Assembly (NCBI GenBank): GCA_964016885.1
Contig: OZ024749.1
Coordinates: 30,318,001-30,382,000, forward strand
Direction of reading: 5' to 3'
Length of the DNA stretch: 64,000 bases
DNA from: Eledone cirrhosa
Taxonomy: Eukaryota
Part shown: positions 57,393 to 64,000 of the stretch, one piece after another
How the letters are laid out: every line of letters starts with the position of its first letter
Position numbering within the stretch: the first letter of the stretch is position 1
Translations under genes and position numbers: made by a program
The notes under the pieces: generated by a model
Databases searched by the model: none
What the model saw: the letters and a program-made list of their open reading frames with translations, nothing else
What the model was told of the DNA's origin: nothing

Positions 57393-60300
57393 GTACATAT
57401 AGAGACAGGCATATATATATAGAGAGAGACAGGCATATATATACACATAGAGACAGGCATATATATACACATAGAGACAGGCATATATATACATATAGAG
57501 ACAGGCATATATATACATATAGAGACAGGCATATATATAGAGAGAGAGACAGGCATATATATACACATAGAGACAGGCATATATATAGAGAGAGAGACAG
57601 GCATATATATACACATAGAGACAGGCATATATATACATATAGAGACAGGCATATATATACATATAGAGACAGGCATATATATAGAGAGAGAGACAGGCAT
57701 ATATATACACATAGAGACAGGCATATATATAGAGAGAGAGACAGGCATATATATACACATAGAGACAGGCATATATATATACATAGAGACAGGCATATAT
57801 ATACATATAGAGTCAAGCATATATAAACATATAGAGACAGGCATATATATACATATAGAGACAGGCATATATATACACATAGAGACAGGCATATATATAC
57901 ATATAGAGACAGGCATATATATACAGATAGAGACAGGCATATATATACATATAGAGACAGGCATATATATACATATAGAGACAGGCATATATATACACAT
58001 AGAGACAGGCATATATATACACATAGAGACAGGCATATATATACACATAGAGACAGGCATATATATACATATAGAGGCAGGCATTTATATACATATAGAG
58101 ACAGGCATATATATAGAGAGAGAGACAGGCATATATATACACATAGAGACAGGCATATATATACACATAGAGACAGGCATATATATACATATAGAGACAG
58201 GCATATATATACATATAGAGACAGGCATATATATAGAGAGAGAGACAGGCATATATATACACATAGAGACAGGCATATATATAGAGAGAGAGACAGGCAT
58301 ATATATACACATAGAGACAGGCATATATATACATATAGAGACAGGCATATATATACATATAGAGACAGGCATATATATAGAGAGAGAGACAGGCATATAT
58401 ATACACATAGAGACAGGCATATATATAGAGAGAGAGACAGGCATATATATACACATAGAGACAGGCATATATATATACATAGAGACAGGCATATATATAC
58501 ATATAGAGTCAAGCATATATAAACATATAGAGACAGGCATATATATACATATAGAGACAGGCATATATATACACATAGAGACAGGCATATATATACATAT
58601 AGAGACAGGCATATATATACAGATAGAGACAGGCATATATATACATATAGAGACAGGCATATATATACATATAGAGACAGGCATATATATACACATAGAG
58701 ACAGGCATATATATACACATAGAGACAGGCATATATATACACATAGAGACAGGCATATATATACATATAGAGGCAGGCATTTATATACATATAGAGACAG
58801 GCATATATATACATATAGAGTCAGGCATATATATACATATAGAGACAGGCATATATATACATATAGAGACAGGCATATATATACATATAGAGACAGGCAT
58901 ATATATACACATAGAGACAGGCATATATATACACATAGAGACAGGCATATATATACATATAGAGACAGGCATATATATACACATAGAGACAGGCATATAT
59001 ATACATATAGAGACAGGCATATATATACATATAGAGTGAGGCATACATATACACATAGAGACAGGCATATATATACACATAGAGACAGGCATATATATAC
59101 ACATAGAGACAGGCATATATATACACATAGAGACAGGCATATATATACACATAGAGACAGGCATATATATACATATAGAGACAGGCATATATATACACAT
59201 AGAGACAGGCATATATATACATATAGAGACAGGCATATATATACATATAGAGTGAGGCATACATATACACATAGAGACAGGCATATATATACATATAGAG
59301 ACAGGCATATATATACACATAGAGACAGGCATATATATACACATAGAGACAGGCATATATATACACATAGAGACAGGCATATATATACATATAGAGGCAG
59401 GCATTTATATACATATAGAGACAGGCATATATATAGAGAGAGAGACAGGCATATATATACACATAGAGACAGGCATATATATACACATAGAGACAGGCAT
59501 ATATATACATATAGAGACAGGCATATATATACATATAGAGACAGGCATATATATAGAGAGAGAGACAGGCATATATATACACATAGAGACAGGCATATAT
59601 ATAGAGAGAGAGACAGGCATATATATACACATAGAGACAGGCATATATATACATATAGAGACAGGCATATATATACATATAGAGACAGGCATATATATAG
59701 AGAGAGAGACAGGCATATATATACACATAGAGACAGGCATATATATAGAGAGAGAGACAGGCATATATATACACATAGAGACAGGCATATATATATACAT
59801 AGAGACAGGCATATATATACATATAGAGTCAAGCATATATAAACATATAGAGACAGGCATATATATACATATAGAGTGAGGCATACATATACACATAGAG
59901 ACAGGCATATATATACACATAGAGACAGGCATATATTTACACATAGAGACAGGCATATATATACATATAGAGACAGGCATTTATATACATATAGAGACAG
60001 GTATATATATACATATAGAGTCAGGCATATATATACACATAGAGACAGGCATATATATACACATAGAGACAGGCATATATATAGAGAGAGAGACAGGCAT
60101 ATATATACACATAGAGACAGGCATATATATATACATAGAGACAGGCATATATATACATATAGAGTCAAGCATATATAAACATATAGAGACAGGCATATAT
60201 ATACATATAGAGACAGGCATATATATACACATAGAGACAGGCATATATATACATATAGAGACAGGCATATATATACAGATAGAGACAGGCATATATATAC

Positions 60301-63300
60301 ATATAGAGACAGGCATATATATACATATAGAGACAGGCATATATATACACATAGAGACAGGCATATATATACACATAGAGACAGGCATATATATACACAT
60401 AGAGACAGGCATATATATACATATAGAGGCAGGCATTTATATACATATAGAGACAGGCATATATATACATATAGAGTCAGGCATATATATACATATAGAG
60501 ACAGGCATATATATACATATAGAGACAGGCATATATATACATATAGAGACAGGCATATATATACACATAGAGACAGGCATATATATACACATAGAGACAG
60601 GCATATATATACATATAGAGACAGGCATATATATACACATAGAGACAGGCATATATATACATATAGAGTGAGGCATACATATACACATAGAGACAGGCAT
60701 ATATATACACATAGAGACAGGCATATATTTACACATAGAGACAGGTATATATATACATATAGAGTCAGGCATATATATACACATAGAGACAGGCATATAT
60801 ATACACATAGAGACAGGCATATATATACATATAGAGACAGGCATATATATACACATAGAGACAGGCATATATATACATATAGAGACAGGCATATATATAC
60901 ATATAGAGTGAGGCATACATATACACATAGAGACAGGCATATATATACACATAGAGACAGGCATATATTTACACATAGAGACAGGTATATATATACATAT
61001 AGAGTCAGGCATATATATACATATAGAGACAGGCATATATATACACATAGAGACAGGCATATATATACACATAGAGACAGGCATATATATACACATAGAG
61101 ACAGGCATATATATACATATAGAGGCAGGCATTTATATACATATAGAGACAGGCATATATATAGAGAGAGAGACAGGCATATATATACACATAGAGACAG
61201 GCATATATATACACATAGAGACAGGCATATATATACATATAGAGACAGGCATATATATACATATAGAGACAGGCATATATATAGAGAGAGAGACAGGCAT
61301 ATATATACACATAGAGACAGGCATATATATAGAGAGAGAGACAGGCATATATATACACATAGAGACAGGCATATATATACATATAGAGACAGGCATATAT
61401 ATACATATAGAGACAGGCATATATATAGAGAGAGAGACAGGCATATATATACACATAGAGACAGGCATATATATAGAGAGAGAGACAGGCATATATATAC
61501 ACATAGAGACAGGCATATATATATACATAGAGACAGGCATATATATACATATAGAGTCAAGCATATATAAACATATAGAGACAGGCATATATATACATAT
61601 AGAGACAGGCATATATATACACATAGAGACAGGCATATATATACATATAGAGACAGGCATATATATACAGATAGAGACAGGCATATATATACATATAGAG
61701 ACAGGCATATATATACATATAGAGACAGGCATATATATACACATAGAGACAGGCATATATATACACATAGAGACAGGCATATATATACACATAGAGACAG
61801 GCATATATATACATATAGAGTCAGGCATATATATACATATAGAGACAGGCATATATATACATATAGAGACAGGCATATATATACATATAGAGACAGGCAT
61901 ATATATACACATAGAGACAGGCATATATATACACATAGAGACAGGCATATATATACATATAGAGACAGGCATATATATACACATAGAGACAGGCATATAT
62001 ATACATATAGAGACAGGCATATATATACATATAGAGTGAGGCATACATATACACATAGAGACAGGCATATATATACACATAGAGACAGGCATATATTTAC
62101 ACATAGAGACAGGTATATATATACATATAGAGTCAGGCATATATTTACACATAGAGACAGGCATATATATACATATAGAGACAGGCATTTATATACATAT
62201 AGAGACAGGTATATATATACATATAGAGTCAGGCATATATATACACATAGAGACAGGCATATATATACACATAGAGACAGGCATATATATAGAGAGAGAG
62301 ACAGGCATATATATACACATAGAGACAGGCATATATATATACATAGAGACAGGCATATATATACATATAGAGTCAAGCATATATAAACATATAGAGACAG
62401 GCATATATATACATATAGAGACAGGCATATATATACACATAGAGACAGGCATATATATACATATAGAGACAGGCATATATATACAGATAGAGACAGGCAT
62501 ATATATACATATAGAGACAGGCATATATATACATATAGAGACAGGCATATATATACACATAGAGACAGGCATATATATACACATAGAGACAGGCATATAT
62601 ATACACATAGAGACAGGCATATATATACATATAGAGGCAGGCATTTATATACATATAGAGACAGGCATATATATACATATAGAGTCAGGCATATATATAC
62701 ATATAGAGACAGGCATATATATACATATAGAGACAGGCATATATATACATATAGAGACAGGCATATATATACACATAGAGACAGGCATATATATACACAT
62801 AGAGACAGGCATATATATACATATAGAGACAGGCATATATATACACATAGAGACAGGCATATATATACATATAGAGACAGGCATATATATACATATAGAG
62901 TGAGGCATACATATACACATAGAGACAGGCATATATATACACATAGAGACAGGCATATATTTACACATAGAGACAGGTATATATATACATATAGAGTCAG
63001 GCATATATATACACATAGAGACAGGCATATATATACACATAGAGACAGGCATATATATACATATAGAGACAGGCATATATATACACATAGAGACAGGCAT
63101 ATATATACACATAGAGACAGGCATATATATACATATAGAGGCAGGCATTTATATACATATAGAGACAGGTATATATATACATATAGAGTCAGGCATATAT
63201 ATACACATAGAGACAGGCATATATTTACACATAGAGACAGGCATATATATACACATAGAGACAGGCATATATATATACACATAGAGACAGGCATATATAT

Positions 63301-63832
63301 ACATATAGAGTCAGGCATATATATACATATAGAGACAGGCATATATATACATATAGAGACAGGCATTTATATACATATAGAGACAGGTATATATATACAT
63401 ATAGAGTCAGGCATTTATATACATATAGAGACAGGCATATATATACATATAGAGACAGGCATATATATACATATAGAGACAGGCATATATATACACATAG
63501 AGACAGGCATATATATACATATAGAGACAGGCATATATATACACATAGAGACAGGCATATATATACATATAGAGACAGGCATATATATACATATAGAGTC
63601 AGGCATTTATATACACATAGAGACAGGCATATATATACATATAGAGTCAGGCATTTATATACACATAGAGACATGCATATATATACATATAGAGACAGGC
63701 ATATATATACATATAGAGACAGGCATATATATACATATAGAGTCAGGCATTTATATACATATAGAGTCAGGCATATATATACACATAGAGACAGGCATAT
63801 ATATATACACATAGAGACAGGCATGTATATAC
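57393..63832. repeat. 24-bp minisatellite (~6.4 kb) with higher-order variant blocks
   Basis: Unit atagagacaggcatatatatac(ac/at), with recurring variants (gagtcaagc, gaggcaggcattt, gagtgaggcatac). Confidence 0.97.
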
Positions 63833-64000
63833 ATACACACACAGACACACACATACAGATATAGAGGTAAGTATTCACATACATACATGTATATACATAC
63901 ACACGCATACAGGCAGACATATACATACACACGCACAGACACACACACAGACATATATAGAGGTAAGTATACACTCACATACACACAGACACAGTATACA

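Noticed and set aside
57370-63366. 1998-aa ORF and overlapping repeat ORFs
   Set aside because: Translation of a 24-bp minisatellite that lacks stops in some frames; no unique domain.

Overview
AT-rich, microsatellite-saturated eukaryotic DNA. The repeat landscape suggests an invertebrate, most likely a cephalopod such as octopus; this is inference. I found no recognisable host gene, and almost all ORF-track entries are artefacts of (TA)n/(CA)n/minisatellite arrays. The real coding remnants all derive from transposons: a near-complete Penelope-like element (RT plus C-terminal GIY-YIG, minus strand, 11207-13579, one in-frame TGA), two more Penelope GIY-YIG fragments, two RTE LINE 3' fragments, a CRE-type restriction-like endonuclease remnant and an internally deleted Tc1/mariner. 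There are also two tRNA-SINE families and 43-bp and 24-bp minisatellites. The main unexplained signal is non-coding: by manual folding I find about 28 type I hammerhead-ribozyme motifs in at least ten unrelated short repeat families. They include recurrent non-canonical cores (CCGANGA = U4C; TTGANAA = U3-A8 covariation) and greatly expanded or branched stems II/III. They sit in elements inserted into (TA)n as tandem ~550-590 nt units (retrozyme-like) or as inverted pairs whose 3' ends point outward in every case I could orient. This looks like a Penelope-driven, ribozyme-based non-autonomous retroelement system. All structures were read by eye; no folding program or database search was run.
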